From assembly GCF_009914755.1 (NCBI RefSeq), contig NC_060927.1: 64,000 nt of DNA; one strand, written 5' to 3'. Both the position numbers and the translations under genes were made by a program. Source of the DNA: the human T2T-CHM13v2.0 reference genome, Homo sapiens. A model generated the notes under the pieces. The model was not told the DNA's origin. It saw nothing but the letters and a program-made list of their open reading frames with translations, and did no database searches. Positions 47,496-64,000 of the stretch are shown one piece after another; the stretch's first letter is position 1; each line of letters starts with the position of its first letter.

Positions 47496-48956
47496 TAACA
47501 ATTGGAGAACAGTCCACTATAGTAATGCATGTCAGAAGGAGATCTTACTAGCTGTGTGCTCTTGGCCAGGCCAGTTGACTTCTCTGATCCCAAGTTTCTC
47601 TTCCATCTAGTAGGGATTCTAACAGTTCAGGTGGCTTTCTGAGTAGGCCTGAAGATGCAAATGAGGCAGGAGTAAAGTTTCCTTCCCTTTCTCCAGGCCT
47701 TCTGCAATCAGCACTTGAGCCCAGAGGGCTGTTAGGTTCAGCCAGGAAATGGTAAAGAAGGACCAGGATGTTTACCTGCTGGGAGGAGGGAGGAAGTTAA
47801 CAGGTGTAACTTGTTTGGGCAAACACTTCCCTATCATTCTTTCCACACCAGTAGAGTACACAACTATTCTTCTTTCAACCACTTTGCTCCTTGTTCCTTT
47901 GTTTTCAAATAACCTATGACAGTATTGCGTTTGCATTTTATTATAAGTTGGACTCCCCCACAGGACTGCCCCCCTAATAGGTAGAGGCCCATCTTATTGT
48001 CTTTGATTACCAATGCTAGGAGTTTCTGGCACTTAATAAGCAGTAGGTGTACAGGAGGGAGGTAAGCGTGAGAGGATGCTGACAGGGCTTCCTGGAGGAG
48101 GTAGTTTTGGACTACAGGCCCTGACACTGAAGAGCAGGCCTGAAATGTCTGAGTCAGGGAATGGCAATGGTACCAGAGAGGGTGAGGAGTTTCATCCCAT
48201 TTGGCAGTTCAGCCTACAACAGTTCCTGGAGACCAAAACTGCTCGCCTGGACATGTCAGAGGCAAATCTAGGGGAGGATCTAATGCTAGTAGGGTGTTTT
48301 TTATGGTGAGTGATGTACATATCAGTGTGAGAAAGGAAGTCTGGGGCTAGCTGGCTTCTCGATAAGTAAATCGCTGCCCTGAATCGTTTTATGTCTTTCT
48401 TATGCTGTCACAAGAAAGGCAGAACATAGTCTTAGAGCCTGTCAGACAGGGAGAAACACTGGTAGGCAGAGAGAGAACTTTTGCTTTTGCATTTATTTCA
48501 GTAATTCAGTATCTCAGTATTAAGAGGGTGCTTAGCAAATATTTGTAAAATTTGTAAATTCACAAATGCCTCTTCCAAGTTTCTGTAAGTTTTGCAACCT
48601 TTCTTCCTTCCTTGGGAAAGAAGACTCAATTCTGGGTCTCCTATGGGGGCCTCCTGACCCCATACCCTCTTGTCTTCACAGGACATTCATAGCTAGAATT
48701 TTAACTAAAAAGGCAACCAAAATGACAAGTTCTGTTTGACTTTCAAACTAACAAAGATACAGAGGTTAAAAGGTAGAATCCGTTGTGGGAGGAGTCCTAC
48801 ACACAGTGAGTATAGGCTCATTTCCAGGCAATTATTGTTTGAAACTCAATTGTTTGAAAGAAGAAATCTAACTTAATCAATCTACAAGCAAGCAGATTAA
48901 TTTTCCTTCTTCCCTACTAAAGTAAACATCTCTTCCTGTAGTACAAACAGCACCCT

Positions 48957-49644
48957 TGAAACCACCTTTGCGATATTATGACTGAGACAGTGAAAGAGAT
49001 TTAACTTAACTGACTCCATCTTGCTTCTAACCTCCAAGCTGTCCTTGTTCATTCCTGGGCATAGGCTGAACTAACTTTGGGAGAAACTTAGTTTATAGTT
49101 TAAACAAAGGCAGTCACAGCCCTTCCCCAAAGCACTTTCCCAAAAGACCTCCTTCCAGAGCCAGGGGACTGCTCTAGATTGCCTTCGTAGGATGAACATT
49201 AGCCACAAGATTAGAAATTATAGTTTAGGAGGCTACAAGATTCTGACTTTCCCTAAATTGCTTCTAAGATCAGTGCTTGAGATATTTTGCAGACTCTGAA
49301 TTTGATGGACCAGCTGGCCCCACCCAGATCAATAAGCTGGCTCATCTGATCTTGTGGCCCCCACTCAGGAACTGAGTGAGCACAAGAAGACAGCTCCAAC
49401 TCCCTGTGATTTCATCTCTGACCAGTCAGCACTCCTGGCTCACTGGCTTCCCCACACCCACCAAGTTATCCTTAAAAGCTCTGCTCCCTGAATGCTCAGG
49501 GAGACTGATGTGAGAAATAATAAAACTCTGGTCTCCCGCACAGCCAGTTCTGCGTGAATCACTCTTTCTCTATTGCAATTCCCCTGTCTTCATGAATTGG
49601 CTCTGTCTAGGCAGGGGGCAAAGTGAACCCTCTGGGTGGTTACA
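48957..49644 (+). mobile_element. Solo ERV1 LTR (LTR8-like), 688 bp
   Basis: TG...CA termini, 4-bp TSD ccct (48953-48956 / 49645-49648), internal AATAAA at about 49519. Confidence 0.88.
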
Positions 49645-50708
49645 CCCTTGGGCTGCAGGATATTTTCCCTATGAAGAAATGTGAGAAAAAAATAATTTTG
49701 AAGGATTGTTGTATCTAGACACTTTGTTGGTTGGTGCCTCAAAAGCTTTAGTCACTCCTGTTGAATACAGAGGAAAATAGGGCATCCCTTCCTTCCCAAA
49801 CACCTACTGCTTACTAAGCCAGGAAATAAGAAGACATGATCTGTTTTCACCTCTATTGTCTAACGAAGGTCACTATGTCTGATGGGAACTAAAGCAAATC
49901 ATTCTGACAGTTACACTTGGGGAAATTCAGGCTAATATTTTTTGTTTTTCCCTTGACTTATTTGGATTGCTGTTTTTTTTCCTGTGGGTATGGTAGGCAT
50001 TTTATTGTTTCCCAGAGGTTTCTTCCTCTTTTTGTTTTTTTTTTTTTTCCTTTTCTGCACACTATCTGGATATTTCTTGCCAAGTAGCTCTACTGGAGTC
50101 AGTTTCTCTGTCATCAGGTCAGTCTCTGCTACTTGCCTACTAGAATCATTTAGCAAGAGATGATGCAAATAACTTACATGGAAAAATGGGAGGGGAAATG
50201 ACCAGAAAATAATGACTATGCATTGAAAATTCTTTATTTTCAAAAATGAATTTAACTAACAGATCCTAACAGTTCTCTACTTAGAAGAAATTCAACAACT
50301 TTAGCTTTTGTTTCTCAAAGACTTCAGATGTATGAAGTCAGGTTAACAGCACCTAAATCATGTCCAATATCTGCATGACTGGCAGTCAATCTGTGTTTTT
50401 TTATAGTAGGGTCTTATAGCTGGTGAAGAAGTTAACACAGTGTTTTACAGCTTAGAAGAGAATGGCCTGTTTGATGCCTTAACTATTAGTCTAGGCTGGT
50501 AACCAGGTTCCTCCCTGGGTTAGTGACCTATTGAGCCATCAATTCTTGGAAGGCGTATGGGGTAGTGATAAAATTCACGGGCTTTGGATCAAGAGGGGCT
50601 GGATTTGATTCTGGTCTCTGTGATTATTTTCTCTGTGACTTCTTTCTGCTACCGTTTTCTTATCTGTGAAGTGGGAATAATACTAATATTTATGTTATAG
50701 AGTTGTAT

Positions 50709-51005
50709 GGGCGAGGCATGGTGGCTCATACCTGTAATCCCAGCACTTTGGGAAGCCGAGGCAGGCAGATCACGAGGTCAGGAGTTCGAGACCAGCCTGG
50801 CCAATATGGTGAAACCCTGTCTCTACTAAAAATACAAAAATTAGCTGGGCATGGTGGCGCATGCCTGTAGCCCCCGTTGACTTGGGAGGCTGAGGCAGAA
50901 GAATTGCTTGAACCCAGGAGGCAGAGGTTGCAGTGAGCCAAGATTGTGCCACTACTCTCCAGCCTAGGTGACAGAGCCAAACTCCGTCTCAAAAAAAAAA
51001 AAAAA
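50709..51005 (+). mobile_element. AluS inserted in a MIR
   Basis: TSD agagttgtatgg / agagttatatgg. Confidence 0.95.
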
Positions 51006-51099
51006 GAGTTATATGGAGGTTCAGTAAGACAATGCAAGAAACTGGGTTAACACAATACCTGACACTAACGAGGGCTCAGCACTAGTTAGCTGCTTTTAG

Positions 51100-51350
51100 T
51101 AGTGCCAACTTACCCATTAGGCACAGTAGGCAAAGTGCCTGAGGCCCATGAAACTTTATGAGTTGATAAAAAATGTTTTAATTTTAATTTTTTAAAAAAT
51201 CAGATAAAAAATGAATAATGAGTGTATAATAAGTAATCCAACCTGGGTTATATTTGTTTTTTTACCAATGCAGTCATAAAATATAATTGTTAACATATTT
51301 TATGGAAGAAGGGACTCAGACAAAAGGGCCTGGGGCCCATGAAACTCATA
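51100..51350. mobile_element. hAT-Tip100-like DNA transposon fragment
   Basis: cttacccattaggcacagtaggcaaagtgcct...gcctggggcccatgaa. Confidence 0.4.
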
Positions 51351-52104
51351 ATTGTGGATCTCACTGTTAGCAGTCATGACTGTGGTAGTATTAATCGCAG
51401 AATCCTCAACAATAATAGTAGAGTGAAAAAACAAAATGTCAAGATTGTAACTGAGCTATTTACTGATCTAGTTGTAGTTAATCTCTTGATAAAAGAAGTT
51501 GGAGTAGGTTTGTGTAATAGTTGAGTATGATGTTTATTACTTTTCAGCCATCCCTTTAATAATAGATGAATGAGTACCTTTAAAAAGAACCATGTTGTTT
51601 TTCAATACTACTGGACTATAACGAACATATCATCAATGCAGAAAATACAGTAATTGTAAAATCAAATAGTTTTAGGTTTAGCAGTGAAATAGCTCTAGGT
51701 ATCGTTAATTTTTTTTTTTCTTTTGGCAGTATCAACATTGTGTTGATACTGAAGAATGCATTTTCTGGAAAGACAGGGATAATCAATTTTCTCCCAGATT
51801 CAATGGGAGAAAATCATACTCAATATGAACTGTATATTGAGAAGTTAAACATGCCAAGTTTTTACCATATTTTGTTTTCACTAATACATATGTAAATCTT
51901 AATTTATTTTTAAAAGACACAAAATGCCTATATTTTATCCACATTATTCTTAGAATTGATCATGTCCGCTTTAACAAATTTCTATTTTAATAAAAATTGG
52001 ATTTCATAAAACTACACATTTTATAAAACAAAAATAATTCTTGCTAAACCAGCAATAAAGAAACATATTTGTTTAGAAAGTATATTTCCAACTGAACGAA
52101 TTAG

Positions 52105-52945
<841 letters not shown>

Positions 52946-53560
52946 TTAATAATATTTGTAATCTGCAATTTTCCCCCAAAATGTCTTTGGTTGATTATTT
53001 CATTTAAGGTAACATTTTGACTTCAAAATAGTTTACATCAACAGTATTTGTCAGTCTAGATTTAATCAACAGTTTTAAATAATTGGCTGGATTCTCAACC
53101 TTGGATCTTTTCCTAGAAAAATGTTTCCTTCCACATAGTGAACCTGATTTTGAAAAAAAGATATGGGAGATTATTTCTCCAGATAAGAGAGTCTTCTGGG
53201 AATCAAGTGTTTTTCCATAATATTATGTGAAATAACTAGGTAAGACATCTGAGTAGAATATAAGGAGTGAGAGTTACAGAATATAAGAAGGCAGAGTTCC
53301 TTGCTGGGCTAGAACTGTGCTGACAGCTCTCTGGTATAATTTATTAGCTCCTTTTAGTAACAAACAAATTATCACTGGAAGCATACCTGTGTGCTACATA
53401 TTATAAATAACTAATACTTTTGAATGCTCACTAAGTGCCAGGCACTCTTCTAAGCCTTGTATGAGTATTATAACTTTTTATGTGACAGCAACCCCATGAG
53501 GTCACATTACCCTCATTTTTATTGGTGAAAAAAAGTAATGTAATTGTCCTATGACATTAA

Positions 53561-54052
<492 letters not shown>

Positions 54053-55049
54053 CTGATCAGCATTTGTATTTTAATAAGATTTCAGGGGATTCACCTGCAC
54101 AGTAAAGGTTGAGAAGCTCTGGTGCACTCTCTCCCTTTCTGACTGCATGAACCTGGGCAAGGCATTTAACTTCTCTAAACCTCAGGTTCTTGTCTCTGTA
54201 AAACAGGGATAATAATGCAGACTTAGAGATTTGTTGTGATGATAACATGAAACTACGTTGTGAAGAATGCGGTACTTAGAGACTACTTGATGGCTGCCCA
54301 ATGTAATGGTGCTTACACATCACCCAGACTTCAAAAATATTCAATGATAGTATCCAGAGAACTTGAAAACATTCCTACCCCAAAGACACTTTCCACTGCT
54401 GAACAGTTGAGTGACTTAATGTTTGCAGAGACTCTTTCTTTTTTAACGTTTGGATATTCAGTAGCAACTTCTGGCTCCAAGTTTAATGCCTTTCTACTAT
54501 ATTGAGTTTCTTATTTTGTTCCTTTTAAAATTGCTTTTTTCCCCCATAGTATTTTGTTTATTACTGAAGGAAAAAAAATCAGCAGGAAGTTCAATGTGGC
54601 TTCAATAAGGCCAGGTACTTAGCTTTTAACATTCCTACCACACTCCAAAAGTCATTACTACAAATTACCGGTTGAATCTATCCTGAGGAAAAACAAAACT
54701 AGAAAAAATAATTTAAACATTCTTCCAAACCACACATTTATGAGTATTACCATATTTCAGATGCTTGAAAGGCATTAATTCTCCATTAAGGGAAAAGCAT
54801 TTTGCTATTGGCAACATTAAAAACTCAGCTTTAAAATTTGAAAGCTCTACTGTTTTGGATTCACAGTTGAGCAGTATTTTTGTCCTTATAATAACAACTG
54901 CAAAGTGCTTTATACTCACCTTCTTTCAAGTAAATCTACAGAAAATCCGATTGTTTCCAACGTTTGTAATGCAAAATTATTTTTGTACTTATAAAATACA
55001 TCATGCCTATAGAAGATAATATAAAACATATATATGTATAATAAAGTGA

Positions 55050-56210
<1,161 letters not shown>

Positions 56211-56212
56211 TT

Positions 56213-56631
<419 letters not shown>

Positions 56632-56869
56632 TTACTACGTAAGTCTGTGGTTCTCTCCAGCTCTGAAAGGTTTATTCTATTCTATAGCAGAGCATGTTGT
56701 ATAATCACGTGGTTGCTTTTCTTGATGATTCCATTGGGTCTAACAATTATTTTACCAAATTATATTAATACTTGGAAATAATTCTTCGTGGTTCTAGGGT
56801 TATTACATTAATACTTTTCTCTCTTTTTAGGATTTTTTGCTTTTAGCCTTTACCACCATTTTAGGGTAA

Positions 56870-57205
<336 letters not shown>

Positions 57206-57477
57206 TAGAAATATTTTTAAAGTATTACATGTGCCCAGCAGTTGTCTGGGGTTTAAAGGAGATGGAAAGAAGCATAAGCCAATGTTTATGATCTGGAAGA
57301 ACACGTTTGAGCTGGGGAGACATAACAATGAGTCAGTTCTACCTCTGGCTACCTGTGGATTTAGTAGGCTAATTGCCAGGACTTCGGTTTTGTTTTGTTT
57401 TCATATTTAAAAATGAAGGGCTTATATGAGATTAGTGCAAGGTCCCTTTAGTTCTAATATTTTTTGCATTGCTGACT

Positions 57478-57850
57478 TAGTCTGTTGGGGTTTCTACAAC
57501 AAAATATCTTAAACTGGGTGGTTTATAAACCACAGAAATTTACTTCTCACAGTTCCAGGGCCTGGAAAGTTTAAGATCAAGGCAGACTTGGTGTCTGTGA
57601 GGGCTAGCTTTCCTGGTTCAAAGACAGCATCTTCTTGCTGTGTCTTTGCATGGTGGAAGAGGTGAAAAGAGGTGACAAGAGGTGAATGAGCTCCCTTGGG
57701 CCTATTTTAGAAGGGCACTAATCCCATTCACAGGAGCTTGGCCATCATGATCCAGTCACCCTCCAAAAGATCCCACCTCTTACTACCATCAGCTGGGAGG
57801 TTGGGACTTCAATGTAGGAACTGAGGGGTCAGGGTAGGGCAGACCATAGC
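57478..57850 (-). mobile_element. MLT1A-like LTR
   Basis: aaactgggtggtttataaaccacagaaatttacttctcacagttc...aagggcactaatcccattca. Confidence 0.82.
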
Positions 57851-58218
57851 AAATGGCCACACAACAGGTCTTTCTAGTCCCTGACCATGAGAAGGCAGTC
57901 AAAACACAGAGAATCTACAAGGTGATTTATTCATGTCATAGTAACAAAGGAAGAAAAAACTTGGAAGGAAAGATTTTTTTTTTTAAAGAAATATTTTGAT
58001 GGGTGAAAGAGGAAGTCCCAAAACATAGCTGCAAAGAGGAAATATAAGTTTGTGTTTCATTTTTCTCCTGTTGAAATCAGTTTCTATTGTGAAGTTTCAT
58101 TTTCCTATTTCTTTTTTAGGTAGTAGAACCTGGACTCTTGCCATAGTAATCTGTTTTCTATTTTGTATAACATCTGAATGTTAGATTTGGTTACAAAATA
58201 ACTGTGTGAAAATAATGA

Positions 58219-58550
<332 letters not shown>

Positions 58551-58809
58551 CTTGCACATTTTGACTCTCAGTGAAGAGTAATGAAAGGGAACTTGTTTCC
58601 AGAGGTGAAGGCTACAGGCCAAATGTTGCCTTGCCCTAAAGAGGTGATATAACTTTCCTAGGATCACTTGACTAGTTAGAGATAAAACTATGACTAGAAT
58701 TCTGGTTTCCAGACTCTGAATTGGCTATTCTCCCATACAGAAGTGTATAGATGTAGCATTTGAGGGAAGGCTCTGTGGGAGAGGAGATCTACTCTCTCCT
58801 AAATGATGA

Positions 58810-59128
<319 letters not shown>

Positions 59129-59352
59129 GATTAAATGATTTTAAAGTGATGATTCCAAATGCAGATAGCATTATCCTAGGATTGGGAAGAGGAAGAACTT
59201 GCCTTTCAGGATGCCATAGAAGTAAATATGCAAAGGTACAACACGCAAAAGCATTGTCTTAAGACTGTCTGGACTTCAAGGCTAATAAATATTTTCAGGA
59301 GATAGACCGTATGCCCGTATGTCAAAAAATATGCTTGATTTATATTAATACC

Positions 59353-59737
59353 TGTTATAGACTAAATTGTGTTTCTCCTCAATTCATATGTTGAAGCCCT
59401 AACCCCCAGTATCTCAGAATGTGACTGTATTTGGAGATAGGGTCTTTAAAGAGGTAATTAAGGTCAGATAAAGTCATAAGGATGGGCCCTAATCCAATAT
59501 GACTAGCATTCTTATAAGAAGAGGAAGAGACACCAAGGGCATGTACAGAAAATAGGCCATGGGAGGACAGAGCAAGAAGCCGGCCGTCTGCAAGCTAGGA
59601 AGAGAGGCCTCACCAGAAACCAACCCTGCCAGCACCTTGATCTTGGACTTCTAGCCTTCAGAACTGTGAGAAAATACATTTTTATTATTGAAGTCTGTCA
59701 TGGCAGTCTGTTAGGGCAGCCCTAGCAAACTAATACA
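59353..59737 (+). mobile_element. MLT1B/C-like LTR
   Basis: tgttatagactaaattgtgt...gtgactgtatttggagataggg...gcagccctagcaaactaataca. Confidence 0.88.
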
Positions 59738-60390
59738 ATACCTCTTGAATCTCTTTTTCTGAAAATGCCTCATTATTTTTCTGGATGTTTTATTGTCTAC
59801 ACTCAATAAAAATATTCTGTCTGAAGGCTCTTGTGCCTACTGAGCAAAGCACGATTTCCTTAACCTGAGCACTTTTGGCTCCAGCTTCTGGCTTTCCTGA
59901 GATTGACCCCTCAACCAAACTCTTCCTTCGAGAGCAGAGCCTCTTACCCTTTGCCCCTCCGTGCCCCACTAGGATTCCTCTCAGGAGTGCAGTGAATACA
60001 GAAAAAGTGGGGTAACCCAGACTGTATCCTCTCTGAGATACAGGAGGATAATTATTTTCAAGTTTTGACACATAACCTGTTATTAACTAAACAAACGTCA
60101 AGAGTATTTTGGCTAGAACATCATGCAGTCAAGGTAAAAAGTAGATGTTGATTTGGAAAATATGAGCAAGGCACATACTTATTTTCTTAGAATTAAATTA
60201 ATGATTCTTCTTTTTTTCTTCCTTTCTTTTTTAATGCAGAGAGCTCTGGATTATCATTAGGGGCATTTGCCCGAAGTTATCTTGTTTAAATGTTTACACA
60301 GCTCAACTGCTTCAGATAATATTTATGATGAGTAAGCATGGTCTAATTTCACTAAATCAGCAGTTTATAAAATGCATCTCTGGGTTTTTC

Positions 60391-60398
60391 TGTGTGTA

Positions 60399-60433
<35 letters not shown>
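60391..60433 (+). repeat. (TG)n microsatellite
   Basis: Seen directly. Confidence 0.95.
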
Positions 60434-60436
<3 letters not shown>

Positions 60437-60449
60437 GAAAAAGGGTTCT

Positions 60450-60536
60450 CCAGGAGGCAGAGGTTGCAGTGAGCTTAGATCATGTCACTGCATTCCAGCC
60501 TGGGCAACAGAGCCAGACTCCGTTTCAAAAAAAAAA
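60450..60536 (+). mobile_element. Alu 3' fragment
   Basis: caggaggcagaggttgcagtgagc...A tail. Confidence 0.88.
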
Positions 60537-60596
60537 GGATTCTGTGGTGAAGAAAATTAAGCAGTTCTTTGCCTCTTCACTCAACCCAAGGCACTT

Positions 60597-60906
<310 letters not shown>

Positions 60907-60929
60907 TTCTTGTTACGTTTTATGGCATA

Positions 60930-61140
60930 CATTATGTGCCTGGCACTGTGCTAAGTGCTTTTTATGCATTCTATCATTTAATTCTCGCATTATGATGGTG
61001 AGGTATGTGCTAATCTATTTTATGTATCGGAAACTTAGAAACAGGAAAGTTAAATGATGGTCCTAATTAATGGCTTACGGTTGAGCTAGGATTTGAACAC
61101 AGGTCTCCCAGAGGCATTTAACCACTAGCAGCGCTGCCTC
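60930..61140 (+). mobile_element. MIR
   Basis: tgtgcctggcactgtgctaagtgcttt...gagctaggatttgaacacaggtct. Confidence 0.75.
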
Positions 61141-61444
61141 ACAGTCTTTAATGGCTAATATGCATGTGAATTTTCAAGAATAAGATGTTTAATTCAGCAT
61201 TTCTCAAACCATTTAACACAATTTTACTTTTTTTTTTTCTGAGTCCTAGATTATTTTGAGACACTTGCTTTTCACAAATCGCACCCTGGGAATCCTTAGA
61301 AACGGCACAAAAATGGCCCAAATATATCAGTTTTAATTGGTGAAAAGGATCTTTTTACAGGAGTACAATTAAAATGCCGCCAGAGACATCGAACTCCTTG
61401 AAATTAAGATGAAAATATTTTTATATAAAATATTTAATAGTGAC

Positions 61445-63560
61445 TGTTTGGGATCCCCTAGAAGCAGACTCTGAGATGGGGATTCCTGTGCAAGTGATTT
61501 ATTGAGGGGGTCGCTCTAAGGAGCAGGGAGAAAGCTAAGCAAGGATGAGGCCTCAGCTGGAGCCTAGCTTCAGCCCCATCCCCTGGGCAGCTCTGGAGCA
61601 TGAATTGCACCTTATTGTTTATTGCACACTGGGGCTGGCTCTTGCACTACTAGGTTAGTCAGTCATTCCTGCTCCTGTGGGTGGCAAGGTTGGGGGTGGA
61701 GGGAGGGCATAAATTCTTGAGGTAGTTCTTGCTGCTCAAAGACAGTTCTCTGGAGAAGGAGCAGCCACACAACAGCTGGGTCATGACTCAGACCTGCTCA
61801 GTAGGCGGTATCTGTGTGAGGCATCAGTAGCACCCACTGTATCCTCCTCGTGTACTGGTCAGATCTACTTGCTTCTTAGACTAAGTTCTCTCTATCTAGG
61901 CATATATTCTTCAGGGTTCCTGTTAGGCCCAGTTTCTGGGGACGTTTATAAGAAAAGATTTGGCGGGATGAATTATAGTCCCTGCCGCTGAAGTTGGTCC
62001 TGGGGTGGGAACTGATGCTCAATCCTCCTCCTCCTCCCCCACCTCTTCATTTTCCTCCTCTTCTTCCACTTGTTTTAGATTACTATGTGTATTTATACTG
62101 GTCTACTTAACTTGCCTAGTTCAGTCACCCAGGCCTTCATCTGTGAAGTGGTCTGAGCCGCTGGTTACCATGACCTAAACAGGCTGTGGTTGCTGTGTTT
62201 GCCCATCTACAGCTAAAACTGAGTATGGGAGTGCTAATAGATGCCCCAGTGGATCACCTGAGAGCCTAATATTTTCCTCTCTACCCCATTACATAGTATC
62301 AGATCTACCTTCTCATGATCATCAGATGCAGTTAGTCCTAATAGTATGCTGACTCTTTTTTGTGCCTGTTGGTGTATTGGCACAAGCAACCTAAAATCAC
62401 CAGGGGACAGCTCTAGCTTTAAATATAATGATGTTTTACTGTGTGCACAGTATAATTGACAACCTTTTGGGAACCAGAATATTCAGATCCACAGAGACTA
62501 AAGTTGCAGGGATAGGAAGTATAAATGCCCCAAAGGGTCATTGAAAGTGATGTTAAGTGGGGCTTCTCCTACCTCTGCCTGTTGTTTCCCGGACTCTGTA
62601 CTCTACCTATTGAGTTCAGCATCATACACTGGCCATTGGTTTGAGGCAGTACTGCACCTTGAAGTCTAGTGCCCATCATCATGTGGTGTTACCTCCAAGC
62701 TGGTGCCACAGCTGCAACTTCACTTTCACTCTGGTAGTGGTCAGCATCTTGCGGATGGTGCAGTATGTGATAGGGTTGGTGGATCTCACTGCCATGTTTC
62801 CACCAATTCATCTCCTGGGCCATAGCAAGGGTCCCTTGGTCTGAGGCAATATTATATGTGATCCCAGTTTGGTAGATGAGCCTTTGGGTGGTGGGCTGAC
62901 TGAGATACTATAGGCAAGAAAGGCAAATCATTACCCAGTCAGGAAGAAACATTGCCCTTTCTAAAGTTGAAGGGATCTGATCTAATCAAATTGTGACCAA
63001 GTGGCTGGTGGGCCTGTTTGAGGAATGGTGCCATGCCAAGGGCTCAGCATTCATCTCTGTGCTGACAGGCTGGACATTCAGCAGCAGTGGGCTTTGACAA
63101 AAGAGAGCCCATGCAACTGAGCACATGCATAGCCTCCCTCTCTGTCACCATGGCTACTCCATTCTGAGCCCATTGCACAAGCACTGGGGTGGCTGAGGCC
63201 ACTGCTGGTGGACATTTGCAGGCTGAGCCCTCCTATCCACATGCTTATTTAGTGCCCCTTCTGTGAGGGGTGCTCTCTGGGGGTGGGGGGGTATTAACAC
63301 ATGACAGAAAAATCCTCATCCTCCCTCGGATCCATCCACATGCGTCTTCTCTGGACCTCTTTAATCTTGACTTTACAATCTTGCTTCTTCCAGGTTCCCT
63401 GTAACCAGCTAAGCCACTTGATATTCCCAGGCAGTCAGTGCATATCCTTAATTCACACCACCTTTGTTTTCACACAAAGTTCATGATCACGTGCAGTACT
63501 GGAGCTCTGCCCATCGGGAGGATGTTCTCTCTCCAGTATCTTTCTAATACTCTGATGATC
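61445..63560 (-). mobile_element. Ancient ERVL remnant: LTR16-like LTR (~61445-61840) plus degenerate internal sequence
   Basis: gaagcagactctgagatggggattcctgtgcaagtgatttattgagggg is typical of the LTR16 family; the adjacent sequence resembles degenerate ERVL pol. Confidence 0.6.
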
Positions 63561-64000
63561 CAGACACCACACCTTGGCCTGTGTTTTTAAAATTGTGTTA
63601 AATCAGACAATATTATTTTACAAAAGTAAAGCTATGGTCTTTGTTTCATCATCAACACTGTTCATAATGAATATTTGACATTTTGGTTGCCCACCATCCA
63701 AACACCCTTCTTAATTGAGGGGATTTCCAACATTAGTGAGAGGTCAGTCTTAACTCCTGCTACAGAAGCCAAGAAAGATGGATATTACATTGCCTCTGCC
63801 CCTAACAGCTAGAGTGGCTGAGCAGATGCCCCTACCAGTTCTGGACTCTTAAGATAGACTCAGTCAGCTATCAGTCACTGTAGCTGCAACCACAGAAGCA
63901 AGATCTCCTTGCTCAGAGCTGGAAGAGTTCTTCAGTACAGCAACAGTGAGAACAGAGTTGGCTGGCAGTAGGTAAGCATGGTGACAGCAGTAATGATGAT

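Overview
Primate (apparently human) genomic DNA containing the complete TNFSF10 (TRAIL/Apo2L) gene on the minus strand. Five coding exons (34324-34455, 25937-26074, 22693-22735, 20293-20397, 17568-17995) total 846 nt, i.e. 281 aa plus stop, with GT-AG introns throughout. The gene has a TATA/ISRE/NF-kB promoter and an Alu-containing 3'UTR with two AATAAA signals. The rest of the window is transposon-rich (about 37 Alus, many L1s, MIR, MER5, MLT1, a solo LTR8-like element, an ERVL remnant). Most other ORF-track entries are repeat-derived noise. The most unusual observations: (1) a TBPL1 (TRF2) processed-pseudogene fragment fused to an L1 inside one TSD pair, antisense in intron 1; (2) a cryptic, in-frame, stop-free 102-nt cassette exon candidate in intron 2 that would add a furin-type RDKR site to the TRAIL stalk; (3) an orphan polyadenylated retrocopy with TSDs at about 43.1-43.9 kb; (4) an Alu orientation pattern matching the known exon-skipped TRAIL isoforms; (5) a 3 x 141-bp tandem repeat that triplicates a GAS/ISRE-like motif; (6) a three-layer L1 chimera. 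No database searches could be run. Repeat subfamily names and repeat boundaries are approximate, and the novelty of each finding is unverified.
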